Assembly (NCBI GenBank): GCA_964569845.1
Contig: CAZMUQ010000001.1
Span: 70,664-134,663 of the forward strand
DNA: 64,000 bases
Source: an uncultured Candidatus Bathyarchaeia archaeon
Lineage (GTDB): Archaea; Thermoproteota; Bathyarchaeia; Hecatellales; Hecatellaceae
Reading direction: 5' to 3'
Positions 38,443 to 49,398 of the stretch are shown one piece after another; position 1 is the first letter of the stretch, and the number at the start of each line of letters is the position of its first letter. The notes under the pieces were generated by a model. The model did not search any database. It was not told the origin of the DNA and saw nothing but the letters and a program-made list of their open reading frames with translations. A program made the position numbers and the translations under genes.

Positions 38443-38492
38443 TTGTTCGGATAAACCCTTATTTATATATTTTGGTTACTAACTCTTATGGG

Positions 38493-39518
38493 ATGAACAC
38501 AAACGTAAAAGACAAAATCCTAAATTTGCTTAGAGATAGAGGTTCTGAAGGTATACTCCAAGGAGAAATATCAAAAATTTTAAGATGTTCTCGTTCAACA
38601 ATATCTGAAATTTTAACTGAAATGCTTAAAAGTGGGAAAATTGTCAGGAAAAGTATTGGAGGTAAAATTTACCGTATCTGGCTTTTAGATTATGCACCTT
38701 TCCCGGTTAAAAAACTTATTAGAATTGGAATACTCAGAGCTACAGAGTATCCTCATGTTTTACTTACTGTTAAGGATTTAAAGAAGGCTAATGTAAATAT
38801 TAAGCTAAAAATTTTCGATAATGCTTTAGAGGCAACTAATGCTTTAGCAGTAGGATATCTGGATATTGCTTATACACCCCTAATTACCCAAGTACTGTAT
38901 GCTTTACTTTTACGTTCAATAAAAATTTTTGCAGGATGCGGGTTTAATGGTAGTGGACTTGTAGTTAAAAATGAGAATTTTTTAGAACTAGTTTATGGAT
39001 GCTCAGAACTTTCAACTATGGAGATGAACTTAAAACTTTTCCTGAAAACAAGGAATATAGACCCCTCTCAAGTTGAAATTAGATACTTTAATAACCCTGA
39101 GCGTATGGTTGAAAGTTTTACTAATGATGAAATTTCAGCTTTAAGTATTTGGGAGCCGTACTTAAGCCTTTTTAGAGGAAAATTTAAAGTTTATAATTTT
39201 GAAAATACCTTTGGCAAATTCCCATGCTGTACATTAGCAGCTAATACAAGATTTATTAAAACCAATCAAGACTTATTCAAAAAATTTCTTAAAAAGTATT
39301 GTGAAAATACTGATGAACTTTCAAGACGGAAAGATGAAGCTATTAAACTTACAGCTGAAGTACTAGGCTTTCCACATACTTTAGTAAATTTATCATTTGG
39401 AAGGTTCCTGTATGATTACAGGCTTAACCAAGATGATATTGTAGAAACATTAAAAAAGTTTGGGATGTTTTTAACGAAACAATCCTTAAGCGAAATTCTT
39501 GAACTTTCCATTAATTAG
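38493..39518 (+). CDS. transcriptional regulator: N-terminal winged-HTH + NMT1/ABC-type substrate-binding-like domain
   Basis: wHTH (ILNLLRDRGSEGILQGEISKILRCSRSTISEILTEMLKSGKIVRK) followed by a periplasmic-binding-protein-like fold. The ATG at 38493 is used because the tracked start (38370) overlaps the convergent small membrane gene. Confidence 0.5.
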   Translation: MNTNVKDKILNLLRDRGSEGILQGEISKILRCSRSTISEILTEMLKSGKIVRKSIGGKIYRIWLLDYAPFPVKKLIRIGILRATEYPHVLLTVKDLKKANVNIKLKIFDNALEATNALAVGYLDIAYTPLITQVLYALLLRSIKIFAGCGFNGSGLVVKNENFLELVYGCSELSTMEMNLKLFLKTRNIDPSQVEIRYFNNPERMVESFTNDEISALSIWEPYLSLFRGKFKVYNFENTFGKFPCCTLAANTRFIKTNQDLFKKFLKKYCENTDELSRRKDEAIKLTAEVLGFPHTLVNLSFGRFLYDYRLNQDDIVETLKKFGMFLTKQSLSEILELSIN

Positions 39519-39533
39519 GAAGCTAAAGGAGAG

Positions 39534-40703
39534 TTAGATAACTCCATCTTCCTTAAGCTTATCAATATCTTTATCATTAAACCCTAAAAGATTTTTTAAG
39601 ATTTCTCTTGTATGTTCACCAAGTTCTGGTGCTGGGCTTCTAATCTTGCCAGGTGTTTCTGAAAACTTTGGCGGAATCCCTAGCAGCTTAATTTTTCCAG
39701 CTTTAGGATGCTCAAATTCAACAACCATCTCTCTTTTTAAGGTATGCGGGTCATTAAATGTTTCATCTAAATTATAAACTGGGCCTACACATACATCAGC
39801 CTTAGAAAGTTCTTTAAACCACTCATCCCTAGTTTTAGTTCTAAAAATTTTCTGTAGGATACTCTTAACTTCTTTACCTTTTTCACCATCAGCAAACTGG
39901 TAGTTGATAAGGTCCTCTCTTCCTAGGCTTACGCAAAGATTTCTCCAGAAGCGTTCCTCCAAACACCCTATACTAACATATTTTCCATCCTTAGTTTCAT
40001 AAACATTATAACATGGAGGATAACCTACAACAGGGATTTTTTCAATGTCAAACTTTTCACCTTCAGCAAAATAGAAAGCAGATGGAATTGTTAACCATGA
40101 AATTGCACCATCAGTCATAGCTATGTCAATATACTGACCCTTACCAGTTTTTTCACGTGCAATTAGAGCTATAAGTATTGAAGCAGTAGCCATTAAAACA
40201 CCACCACCAAGATCGGCTATTTGTACACCAGGTATTGTTGGAGGCTCTCCTGGACGTCTTGTTAGGCCAAGTATTCCTGCAATAGAAACATAGTTTATAT
40301 CATGACCTGGTAAATCTTTGTATGGGCTATCTTGCCCATACCCTGAAACCGAACAATAAATTATTTTTGGATTAAACTTTTTAACTGTTTCATAGTCAAC
40401 CCCTAAACGTTTAGTAACCCCTGGCCTGAAACTTTCAATTATTGCATCAGATTTTTCTACTAACCTGTAAAATATTTCTTTACCCTTCTCTGTTTTTAGG
40501 TTTAAAGTTAAACTTTTTTTGTTACGGTGAAGAGAAAGAAAATATTGGCTAAGTCCTCCAACCATTGGTGGATTCCATCTAGCATAATCTCCACGAATAG
40601 GTTCCTCAACTTTAATAACTTCAGCTCCAAAATCTGCTAGAAGAGTTGTGTAAGGTAAAAGCCATGTTAAATCTAAAATTCTTATACCTTCTAAAGCTAA
40701 CAT
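39534..40703 (-). CDS. CoA-transferase family III (CaiB/BaiF/Frc-like)
   Basis: 389 aa with family III CoA-transferase motifs (GIRILDLT, catalytic Asp region DGAISW). Confidence 0.8.
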   Translation of the reverse strand: MLALEGIRILDLTWLLPYTTLLADFGAEVIKVEEPIRGDYARWNPPMVGGLSQYFLSLHRNKKSLTLNLKTEKGKEIFYRLVEKSDAIIESFRPGVTKRLGVDYETVKKFNPKIIYCSVSGYGQDSPYKDLPGHDINYVSIAGILGLTRRPGEPPTIPGVQIADLGGGVLMATASILIALIAREKTGKGQYIDIAMTDGAISWLTIPSAFYFAEGEKFDIEKIPVVGYPPCYNVYETKDGKYVSIGCLEERFWRNLCVSLGREDLINYQFADGEKGKEVKSILQKIFRTKTRDEWFKELSKADVCVGPVYNLDETFNDPHTLKREMVVEFEHPKAGKIKLLGIPPKFSETPGKIRSPAPELGEHTREILKNLLGFNDKDIDKLKEDGVI

Positions 40704-40802
40704 AAACTTTCACACTTTACACTGTAAATAAATATAATATTCTTAAATTTTTTGGTTAAAATTACTGGAACCCTAAGAAATAGAAAAATTTAGTAAAAAA
40801 GT

Positions 40803-42659
40803 TTACTTTTTCTCTTTTTCTTCATCAACAACTTCATAATCAGCATCAACAACCTTTTCACCACTTTTACCTGTTTGTTGACTACTGCTAGCTTGCTGAG
40901 TTCCAGTTTGCCTATACAATGTTGCTCCAATTTCTTGGAGAATTCTTGAAAGTTCCTCATTTTTAATCTTAATTTTTTCAGAATCTTTTCCAGCTAACAC
41001 TTCTTTAAGGTCTTTTATAGCTTGGTCTATTTTATCAATCTGATCCTTTGTTAACTTATCTTTAAGTTCTCTTTTCATCTTTTCTGCAGTATAAATTAGT
41101 GAATCGGCTTGATTACGAAGTTCAGCCTCCTCCCTTCTTTTCCTATCTTGCTCTGCATACTGTTCAGCTTCTTTAATCATCCGCTCGATTTCCTCTTTTG
41201 AAAGTCTATGGGGGGCTGTTATAGTTAGTTTCTCCTCTTTTCCTGTAGCTAAATCTTTAGCTGTAACATTAAGTATTCCGTTTACATCTATATCAAAAGT
41301 AACCTCTATTTGAGGAACACCTCTTGGAGCTGGAGGAATACCTGATAGAACAAACTGTCCAAGAAGGACATTATCAGCTGCCATTGGTCTTTCACCCTGA
41401 TAAACCTTAATTGCAACAGATGTTTGAAAATCTTCAGCTGTAGTAAATATTTGGCTCTTCTTGCAGGGAATTGTCGTATTTCTCTCAATTATCTTTGTAA
41501 AGATGCCTCCAAGTGTTTCAACTCCAAGAGATAATGGAGTAACATCAAGAAGCAGTATATCTTTAACTTCACCTGTAATTATTCCAGCTTGGATTGCTGC
41601 ACCCATAGCAACACATTCCATAGGATCTATTCCTCTTTCCGGAGGTTTACCCATAACTTCTTCAACAAATTTTTGAACTATAGGCATCCTTGTAGGCCCT
41701 CCTACAAGGATTATCTTATCAACATCAGCAGGCCTCATTTTCGCATCAGCTAAAGCTTGCATCATAGGTCCTCTACAGCGTTCAATAATTGGTTTAACAA
41801 GTTCCTCTAATGTTGCTCTTGTAATAGTCATTTGAAGATGTTTTGGTGTTCCACCCTCCATAGCAATGAATGGAAGATTTATCTCGGTTGTGATTGATGT
41901 TGAAAGCTCAATTTTTGCTTTTTCAGCAGCCTCTCGAATTCTCATCATTGCCATACTATCCTTTCTTAGGTCTATCCCTGTATCTCTCTTAAATTCGTTA
42001 ACAATGTAGTTTACAAGAGCTTCATCCATATCTCTCCCGCCAAGTTGCGTATCTCCACTTGTAGCTTTAACTTCAAAAACACCGCCGCCAAATTCAAGCA
42101 AAGTTACATCTAAGGTTCCTCCTCCAAAATCAAAAACCATTATTCTTAGCTCTTTATCAGCTTTATCTAAACCATAAGCAAGAGAAGCTGCCGTAGGCTC
42201 ATTAATTATTCTTGCAACTTCAATTCCAGCTATAGCTGCAGCATCTTTTGTTGCCTGCCTCTGATTATCGTTAAAGTATGCTGGGACAGTTATAACAGCT
42301 TTATCAACCTTATCTCCAAGGAATGCTTCAGCATCCCTCTTAATTTTTTGAAGAAGAAATGCTGAAAGTTGTTGGGGTGTCCACTCTTTACCATAAATTT
42401 TATACTTATAGTCAGTACCCATTTTCCGTTTAAACCCTGTTACAGTACCTTCAGGATTTGTTATAGCCTGCCTTCTTGCAGGCTCTCCAACTAAAAGTTG
42501 ACCATCCTTTGTAAAAGCAACGTACGATGGAAAAGCTTTCCCATAAAGAGTAACCCCTTCACTACTTGGTATCACAACTGGTTTCCCCCCAATTAGAACA
42601 GCTGCTGCAGAGTTGCTTGTTCCCAAGTCTATTCCTATAATTTTACCCATTTCCCTCAC
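40803..42659 (-). CDS. dnaK: molecular chaperone DnaK (Hsp70)
   Basis: 618 aa with Hsp70 signatures [17 protein letters not shown] and VGGPTRMP. Confidence 0.95.
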   Translation of the reverse strand: MREMGKIIGIDLGTSNSAAAVLIGGKPVVIPSSEGVTLYGKAFPSYVAFTKDGQLLVGEPARRQAITNPEGTVTGFKRKMGTDYKYKIYGKEWTPQQLSAFLLQKIKRDAEAFLGDKVDKAVITVPAYFNDNQRQATKDAAAIAGIEVARIINEPTAASLAYGLDKADKELRIMVFDFGGGTLDVTLLEFGGGVFEVKATSGDTQLGGRDMDEALVNYIVNEFKRDTGIDLRKDSMAMMRIREAAEKAKIELSTSITTEINLPFIAMEGGTPKHLQMTITRATLEELVKPIIERCRGPMMQALADAKMRPADVDKIILVGGPTRMPIVQKFVEEVMGKPPERGIDPMECVAMGAAIQAGIITGEVKDILLLDVTPLSLGVETLGGIFTKIIERNTTIPCKKSQIFTTAEDFQTSVAIKVYQGERPMAADNVLLGQFVLSGIPPAPRGVPQIEVTFDIDVNGILNVTAKDLATGKEEKLTITAPHRLSKEEIERMIKEAEQYAEQDRKRREEAELRNQADSLIYTAEKMKRELKDKLTKDQIDKIDQAIKDLKEVLAGKDSEKIKIKNEELSRILQEIGATLYRQTGTQQASSSQQTGKSGEKVVDADYEVVDEEKEKK

Positions 42660-42669
42660 CCTCCTCTAC

Positions 42670-43206
42670 TTACGAGTTAACTTTAAGTTTTGAAACTTTA
42701 ACCATGCTTGGTCTTATTACCTTACCTTTAAACATGTATCCTTTCCTTAATTCTTCAACAACTATACCTTCAGGTGGATCTGAAACTTCAATATGCCCAA
42801 TAGCTTCATGAAAGTTAGGGTTAAATTTTTCACCTAAAGCTTTAATACTGGTTAAACCTTCTTCCTCCAGAATACTTCTAAATTCATTTAATGTTAATTC
42901 AACTCCCTTAATTAAAGCATCCAAATTTTTACTTTCCAAGCCAGTTTTTAATGCAAGCTCAAGGTTATCAATAATATTTAAAAGTTTTTGGATAAGTTTT
43001 CCTTTTGAAATATCAATAGCCTCTTCAATTTCACGTTTAACCCTTTTTAAATAGTTTTCAAAATCAGCCTGAAGATATTTTAGCCTTGTAAGATATTCTT
43101 CAGATTTTTTACGCTCTTCATCTAAAAGCTTTTTAAGTGTTTCAATACTAACTTCACCTTCTTCTTTTTCACCATGTTGACCATTAGTGGAAGACATATC
43201 CAGCAC
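42670..43206 (-). CDS. grpE: nucleotide exchange factor GrpE
   Basis: 178 aa with a coiled-coil N-terminus and the GrpE C-terminal beta-domain. It lies immediately upstream of dnaK. Confidence 0.85.
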   Translation of the reverse strand: MLDMSSTNGQHGEKEEGEVSIETLKKLLDEERKKSEEYLTRLKYLQADFENYLKRVKREIEEAIDISKGKLIQKLLNIIDNLELALKTGLESKNLDALIKGVELTLNEFRSILEEEGLTSIKALGEKFNPNFHEAIGHIEVSDPPEGIVVEELRKGYMFKGKVIRPSMVKVSKLKVNS

Positions 43207-43462
43207 CCAACCCTAAACCAGTATTATAATGCTGTTTTAGTAGAGGGTAAGGTCTTGCATCTAAGTGTTAGCAAACTATTATGGTAAAATATGCGTAATT
43301 TAAGCTTAAACATAAACATAGTGTTACATGCTTAAATTTTTAAGATCAGAATAGCTGAAAGGAAAAATTTAAGATGTATTTATAAGCTTTTCTCTTCTAC
43401 TTTTCATATGGAAGGTAAAACTTTATAGTTAACCCAAACTAAACTAGGTAATAGCACCCTTA

Positions 43463-44242
43463 ATGGTGTTAGTTAGATTGTTGGAAAAAAGAAAATTTAA
43501 TGAAATAACCGTGGTTGAAACAGCAAAAATTGAAGGTGAAAAACCATTTATTACTGTTGGGCTTCCTGATGTTGGACTAGTTGGACCAATAGCAACCTCG
43601 CATATTGTTCAAACTTTGGATATGAAAGAAGTTGGATATTTTGAATCTGACCTTTTTCCACCTATAATAGTTGTCCATAAAAATGAGCCTAAACCTCAAG
43701 TTAGAATTTTTGCTAAAGATAACTTGATAACAATTATATCTGAAACAATACTTCCAGTTCAGGCAATTTACCAGCTTTCAAAAGCAATAACTTTATGGGC
43801 TAAACAGCATAATGCAAGCTTTATTGTAGGAGTTACAGGAATAGCAGTACCTAATAGGCTTGAAATAGAGAAACCAAATGTCTATGGCTTTGGAAGTAGT
43901 ATTGAAGCTAAAAAGGAACTTGAAAAATTGAAAATACAACCATTTGAAGAGGGAATTCTTGTTGGCGTTTATGCTTTACTTGTAAGAAATTGTATGGATG
44001 AACAACAACCAAATATAACTTTACTTGCAGAATCTCATGTACAATTTCCAGATCCTGGAGCTGCAGCATCAACAATTGAGGTTTTAAATTCCCTGTTTGG
44101 AGTTAATGTTGATGTTAAAAGCTTATTAGAAAAGGAGGAAGAAATTAGGATTAAGGCTAGAGAGCTTATGCGTAGAACAAGTGAACAAATGAAGGCGTTA
44201 AGAAAAGTTCAAGAACAAGAGCTTAGGGGAATATACGTGTAG
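43463..44242 (+). CDS. PAC2-family proteasome assembly chaperone-like protein
   Basis: ITVGLPDVGLVGPIATSHIV...FPPIIVVHKNEPKPQVRIF fits the PAC2/PbaA pattern. Confidence 0.55.
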   Translation: MVLVRLLEKRKFNEITVVETAKIEGEKPFITVGLPDVGLVGPIATSHIVQTLDMKEVGYFESDLFPPIIVVHKNEPKPQVRIFAKDNLITIISETILPVQAIYQLSKAITLWAKQHNASFIVGVTGIAVPNRLEIEKPNVYGFGSSIEAKKELEKLKIQPFEEGILVGVYALLVRNCMDEQQPNITLLAESHVQFPDPGAAASTIEVLNSLFGVNVDVKSLLEKEEEIRIKARELMRRTSEQMKALRKVQEQELRGIYV

Positions 44243-44254
44243 GAGGGGTTTAAA

Positions 44255-44704
44255 TTGTCAACACGTAAGAAACGTTCAATTTTTGATATTTTTGAGGAGA
44301 TTCGTGAAGAAATTAACCGATTTTTTGAAGAATTTATGGGACCCATATTTCCTGTTGAAGCCCCTATGCAAAATGTTCCCAGCAAAGAACTTCAACCATT
44401 AACTCATATCTCAGAAACGGAAGAGAACCTTATAATAACAATAGACTTACCTTGTGTAAGAAAGGAGGATATAAAAGTTAATGCAACAGAAAATATGGTA
44501 AGAGTTGAAGCTCCTATGAGAGAATGTGTAAGAATAGATTTTTATGGACCATTTCAAAGAGGAGCAGAATTTGAAGTATTCAAGAAAACAATAAAACTTC
44601 CAACTCCAGTTGACCCTAAAAGAGCTAAAGCAAGATTTAAATCGGGAATTCTCGAAATAATTTTGCCTAAAAAGATTGCAGGATTTAGAATACCCGTAGA
44701 ATAA
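44255..44704 (+). CDS. small heat shock protein (Hsp20/alpha-crystallin family)
   Basis: Alpha-crystallin domain with the C-terminal GILEIILPK motif. Confidence 0.8.
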   Translation: MSTRKKRSIFDIFEEIREEINRFFEEFMGPIFPVEAPMQNVPSKELQPLTHISETEENLIITIDLPCVRKEDIKVNATENMVRVEAPMRECVRIDFYGPFQRGAEFEVFKKTIKLPTPVDPKRAKARFKSGILEIILPKKIAGFRIPVE

Positions 44705-44733
44705 TAGAGAGATACTTTATTACGGTTTTTAAC

Positions 44734-45009
44734 TTAAACTTTTTCCCTTTTAATTTCAAAGAGCATGGTATTCTCAGGGTCTAAACAAATATATTCTTGA
44801 ACTTCAGCTGACATCCAATCATCTGCTGGAAGTTCTTTTGATAGTGCTGGAAAAAGAGGAAGCATAGCAGCTAAAGCATAAATGCATATCCCATTACCCT
44901 TAACTAAACGTATAATTTGACCTTCTTCAATAATGAAAGTATCTCCCTCCTTGTGGACATGACAATAACCTTTAAGTTGCTTTTTTGCAGTAACTATTAT
45001 CCTATACAT
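44734..45009 (-). CDS. hypothetical small protein
   Basis: 91-aa ORF. No family recognised. Confidence 0.3.
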   Translation of the reverse strand: MYRIIVTAKKQLKGYCHVHKEGDTFIIEEGQIIRLVKGNGICIYALAAMLPLFPALSKELPADDWMSAEVQEYICLDPENTMLFEIKREKV

Positions 45010-45054
45010 TTTTTTAAGTCACCAATTAAAGTATCTACTAAGGGAGATATCAAG

Positions 45055-45687
45055 TTAACCTTTAGTTAAAGAAGCTTTCTTAATATAACCAGCAACTTCA
45101 GCAACTCTTCTACCAAGTTTTCTTGATAGTTTTAATCCAAGTTCATCTCCTCTAACTTCTCCTGCCGCAAAAGCTACAGCAGTTCCACCATATTTTGTCC
45201 CATCACCAACAACTATCATATCGTGAGTTAGGAAGAAATCATGCATAGTTCTTAGCGTTGTTTCTTGACCACCACTTCTACCAAGACCAACAGCAATTCC
45301 TCCACCAACCTTATTTTTAAGTTTTGAACCTTTAACAGTTTTAAAAACTGTTGTTCTATCCATTAATGCTTTAAGTTGAGCTGTAACAGTACCCATATAC
45401 ACAGGGCTTCCAAGAATAATTCCATCATATTCTAAAAATTTTTTAACAATCGAGTTTGCATCATCATTAATTTCACATTCACCAGTACCATAACATTTAC
45501 CACAAGCAGTACAAGGTTCTATTTTTTTACCTGCAAGAAGAATAAGCTCTGTTTTTGCATCATAACTTTCAGCTGCAGCTTTTAAAGCTTCTTCAACTAG
45601 TATTCTAGTATTGCCTTCAATTCTTGGACTTCCAACAATTCCAAGAATTTTTAACTCATAATCTTTAGCCAAAAAATCATCCTCCAC
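45055..45687 (-). CDS. iron-sulfur flavoprotein (Isf)-like NADPH-dependent FMN reductase fold protein
   Basis: Flavodoxin-like fold (ILGIVGSPR) plus the compact Cys motif CTACGKCYGTGEC typical of Isf. Confidence 0.6.
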   Translation of the reverse strand: MEDDFLAKDYELKILGIVGSPRIEGNTRILVEEALKAAAESYDAKTELILLAGKKIEPCTACGKCYGTGECEINDDANSIVKKFLEYDGIILGSPVYMGTVTAQLKALMDRTTVFKTVKGSKLKNKVGGGIAVGLGRSGGQETTLRTMHDFFLTHDMIVVGDGTKYGGTAVAFAAGEVRGDELGLKLSRKLGRRVAEVAGYIKKASLTKG

Positions 45688-45737
45688 GATACTTTACTGG
45701 AATTTAATATTAATGGTAAAAGTAAATAAAGTTTCAG

Positions 45738-46499
45738 CTAGCTCTTTCTTAAAAATTTCTTAAAAAAGTTATTAACCTCTTTATAAGTTTGAATTGTTCC
45801 TATATCATTCCAATATCCGCCCAAAACATATCCATAAACTGGTTGATGCTTGTAAAGCCATTCAATAAATCTTCCAGGCTGATCTTTTCCAACATTTTTA
45901 AGTTTAACATACTTCTGAAGAAGAGGAAGAGAACGCTTATGAAGAATATATATGCATGTACCAACAAGTGTTGTTTCAGGATTTTTAGGTTTTTCAACAA
46001 ATCTTACAACTTTTCCATTAGAATTTAAAACAACAATAGATGCCTCCCTTGCTATTTCCCTTTTTTTAACATCATAAACACCAAGTACAGTAGCATCCTT
46101 TTCCTTGAAAAAATTAATGATACCCTGCAAGCTATCTGTAAAAATGTTATCTCCAGCAACAATTAGATAGTTTACATGTGTATTTTTCGCAGTAATCATA
46201 GCCATAGCTGCAACAGCTCCAGGTTTTTCCTCTTCCCTTGTAGATTTCTCAACTTCAATTCTAGCATTTATCGGAATCTTCTTCCTTTTAAGCCACATTT
46301 TAAATTGAGCCTCAAATTTAAGATTTGTTGAAATAATCACCTCATCAATTTCTGCTTTTTTTCTCACCTCTAAAACTTTTTTTAGAACATAATCTATAAC
46401 AGGTTTCCCAGCAACTTCCAGTAAAGGTTTAGCTTTATCATTCGTTAGAGGTTTCAGACGTTGAGCATAACCTCCAGCTAATATTACAGCTTTCATCAA
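45738..46499 (-). CDS. sugar-phosphate nucleotidyltransferase
   Basis: N-terminal AVILAGGYAQRLKPLT (G-x-G-x-R-L motif). Confidence 0.7.
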   Translation of the reverse strand: MMKAVILAGGYAQRLKPLTNDKAKPLLEVAGKPVIDYVLKKVLEVRKKAEIDEVIISTNLKFEAQFKMWLKRKKIPINARIEVEKSTREEEKPGAVAAMAMITAKNTHVNYLIVAGDNIFTDSLQGIINFFKEKDATVLGVYDVKKREIAREASIVVLNSNGKVVRFVEKPKNPETTLVGTCIYILHKRSLPLLQKYVKLKNVGKDQPGRFIEWLYKHQPVYGYVLGGYWNDIGTIQTYKEVNNFFKKFLRKS

Positions 46500-46561
46500 T
46501 TGAATAATATCGGTGAACTTTACTTAAAAGCATTAATACGCTCAAAAATAGAATTAATCTA

Positions 46562-48022
46562 TTGTGGTCTAGGTGGTCTAGTATGAAAAATGCAAAGGAA
46601 TATTTAAAAAGTATTGAAGAACTAAAAATCCGAGCATACTTGAATGGTGAAAAAGTAGATTCAATAATTAAGAATCCTGTTACAAAAACAGTTGTTGATG
46701 CTATGGCTAAAATTTACGAGTTAGCCCAAAACCCAAGCTACCAAGATATTATGACAGCTTATTCTCCACTTATACAAGAGAGAATAAATAGAAGTGTTCA
46801 TCTTTTCCAGAGCAAAGAAGATCTTGAAAAAAGAGTTAAAATGGCTATTTTAACAAGCCGTCTTCTTGGAACATGTAACTATAGATGCCCTGGCTGCGAT
46901 ATTTTAAATGGACTTGCAAGTACAACTTATGAAATGGATAAAAAAATGGGAACAAAATACCATGAAAAACTTATTAATTATGTTAAGTGGGTCCAGAAAA
47001 ATGATCTAGCTGTTAGCGGCTCTGTTACTGATGTTAAGGGTGATAGAGGAAAAAGACCTAAAGAACAGGATCCAGATATGTATGTTCGGGTTGTTGAAAA
47101 AAGAGATGACGGCATTATCGTTAGAGGGGCCAAAATACATCAAAGTGGGGCAATAGCTGCTCATGAACATTTAGTTATACCTGGAACAGCTTTTCGTAAG
47201 GGTGAGGAGGAATACGCTGTAGCTTTTGCGGTTCCAAGCGGATCTAAAGGTTTAACATACATATGCCAGTATACTCCAGAGGATGCTGAAAGATTAGCAG
47301 CTGAAGACCAGTATCAGCTTGGTAATCCTCTCTACGGTATAAGAGAAACATGTATGATAATCTTTGATGATGTTTTTGTTCCATGGGATAGAGTTTTTAT
47401 GTGTGGAGAAATAGAGTTTACAGGAATTTTAGTTTCACGTTTTGCAAGAACACATAGGATGACCTGTGGAGGAGCATGTAAAGTTGGTTTTGGAGATTTA
47501 ATGATAGGGGCAGCTCAAGCAGCAGCAGAATATCTTGGAATTTCTAATGCTCCTCATGTAAGAGAAAAAATTGTTGAAATGGTTAAAATAAATGAAACAC
47601 TTCATGCATGTGCTGTTGCAGCAGCGTTTAGGGGTATGGAGGAACCTGAAGGTTCAGGAATATATCTACCTGATAGAATGTTTAGTAATGTTGCAAAACT
47701 TAATTGTGCTGAAGGTTTTTGGAGGCTTATGGCTTTACTTGGAGATATTTGTGGAGGTTTAGCTGCAACCATGCCATCAGAAAGGGAGCTTAAAAATCCT
47801 GAAACATCAGAGTACATCAAGAAATATCTTAAAGCTAGAGTTTCAGCTGAAAAAAGAATGCGAATTACAAAGTTTATCCAAAATTGGGTTGCAAGTCCAC
47901 ATGGTGTTGGAACTTGGCATGGAGCAGGTTCAATTGAAGCTCAAAAAATAGAAATTTACAGAACAGTAAACCTTGAGGAAAAAAGAAAATTAGCTGAAAA
48001 CTTAGCCGGCATAAAAGATTAA
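46562..48022 (+). CDS. 4-hydroxybutyryl-CoA dehydratase / vinylacetyl-CoA isomerase (AbfD/HpaB-like) family protein
   Basis: 486 aa with acyl-CoA-dehydrogenase-like fold and a Cys cluster CNYRCPGC. Assignment is by family resemblance only. The true start may be M8 (MKNAKEY...). Confidence 0.5.
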   Translation: MWSRWSSMKNAKEYLKSIEELKIRAYLNGEKVDSIIKNPVTKTVVDAMAKIYELAQNPSYQDIMTAYSPLIQERINRSVHLFQSKEDLEKRVKMAILTSRLLGTCNYRCPGCDILNGLASTTYEMDKKMGTKYHEKLINYVKWVQKNDLAVSGSVTDVKGDRGKRPKEQDPDMYVRVVEKRDDGIIVRGAKIHQSGAIAAHEHLVIPGTAFRKGEEEYAVAFAVPSGSKGLTYICQYTPEDAERLAAEDQYQLGNPLYGIRETCMIIFDDVFVPWDRVFMCGEIEFTGILVSRFARTHRMTCGGACKVGFGDLMIGAAQAAAEYLGISNAPHVREKIVEMVKINETLHACAVAAAFRGMEEPEGSGIYLPDRMFSNVAKLNCAEGFWRLMALLGDICGGLAATMPSERELKNPETSEYIKKYLKARVSAEKRMRITKFIQNWVASPHGVGTWHGAGSIEAQKIEIYRTVNLEEKRKLAENLAGIKD

Positions 48023-48041
48023 AAAATAGGGTTTAAGAAGA

Positions 48042-49232
48042 CTATGAAGAAAGCATTTCTTCAATATCTTCTAAGAGCTCTTCAAGATGCTCTATTGTTT
48101 CTTCAGCTTCACTAATTTTTTGATTCTTAATTTGGTCTGAAACCTTTTTAATTAGATTTTTTACTTCCTCAAGTTTGTCTTCAGCTGTTGTTAAACCAAG
48201 TCCTTTAAATTTCATATGTTTAAGCATACCTTCAAGCCATCTTAGCTTAATCTCAAAGGTATTTACTTTTCTAAGCATTTTAGCTACATCCGGTTTTATG
48301 TTTTCAAGTTCGCTTGTACTTTCTTCAACATGTTCCCTTACTTCCTCAAGTTTTTTTAAAGCTCTTTCAACATTACCCCTCTTAATAAATTCCTCAGCTA
48401 CCTTAATACTATGAGAAGCATTTTGAAGTGCTTGGGAAATTCTAGTTTTATTTAGTATGCTTGTTCTATTTATGGAGCTTATTACTTCCTCCATATGAGA
48501 TTTAAGTCGTTTCTTTGTTTGATTAAGGAAACACTCAGCCCTAGTAATTTTAAACTTTTTAGCTGCACTATGTATTTCACCAACACATTTTCCTAAGATA
48601 CCTCTTGCTATTGCTAATTCTTTTGCAGCTTCATCAACTAATCCCTCATCAAGAAGGCTTGTTGCATTTTCTAGATGTTCTCTTGCTTCCTCAATTTTTA
48701 GTTTTACTGTGGTTAGATTATATCCAAATTTTTCTTCTGTTGAATTTGCTAATGCCTCAACTCTATCAGCAAACATGTAAGCTCTTTCTATAGCCTTCCT
48801 TAAACAAGTAATTTTAAGAGTTTCATTTTCTACCTTCCTAACTTCAAGCTTAAGGGTAAACTTGTAGGTTACCAATAAGGCAAGCTTAAACTTTTGCATA
48901 GCTTTAATGGCGTACTTGCATGCATTCGGATAATCTCCATTATTCCTATAGGAGATTGCATCATCTAGGAGTTTAACTCCCTCCCCATAAAGTTCCTCAG
49001 CTTCATGGGGAATCCCTATATATTGAGTTTTAATCTTGTCGAAAACCTCTTCAACCTTAACTTTAGATTTATTTGCAATCTCTATAAGTTGGTCAGCCAA
49101 AAATTTTAGCATCGGAGTTTTTGAAGTGTTTTCAGCGTAAACACTGTTAACTTGTACAGCGGAAACTGAGGTAAGCAATAAGAATACTGTTAAAATAGAT
49201 AATGTTTTGGCTATACTTGTATTCATTCTCAC
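48042..49232 (-). CDS. secreted coiled-coil protein, hypothetical
   Basis: Hydrophobic N-terminal signal peptide followed by heptad-rich, Glu/Lys/Leu-rich sequence. Confidence 0.4.
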   Translation of the reverse strand: MRMNTSIAKTLSILTVFLLLTSVSAVQVNSVYAENTSKTPMLKFLADQLIEIANKSKVKVEEVFDKIKTQYIGIPHEAEELYGEGVKLLDDAISYRNNGDYPNACKYAIKAMQKFKLALLVTYKFTLKLEVRKVENETLKITCLRKAIERAYMFADRVEALANSTEEKFGYNLTTVKLKIEEAREHLENATSLLDEGLVDEAAKELAIARGILGKCVGEIHSAAKKFKITRAECFLNQTKKRLKSHMEEVISSINRTSILNKTRISQALQNASHSIKVAEEFIKRGNVERALKKLEEVREHVEESTSELENIKPDVAKMLRKVNTFEIKLRWLEGMLKHMKFKGLGLTTAEDKLEEVKNLIKKVSDQIKNQKISEAEETIEHLEELLEDIEEMLSS

Positions 49233-49398
49233 ACCCCAAACCTCAAAAATAACTATAAGTTAAAGTTAATGTTAAGGGAAACTCCGAAACAGATTGAAAC
49301 AACTGTTTCACAACTGTACACTTTAAATCTTAAAGACAATAAAGGTTATAAATAGCATCAATTTCCTTATTCTGAAGGGTAAAGGGGGTTTAGGCAAT

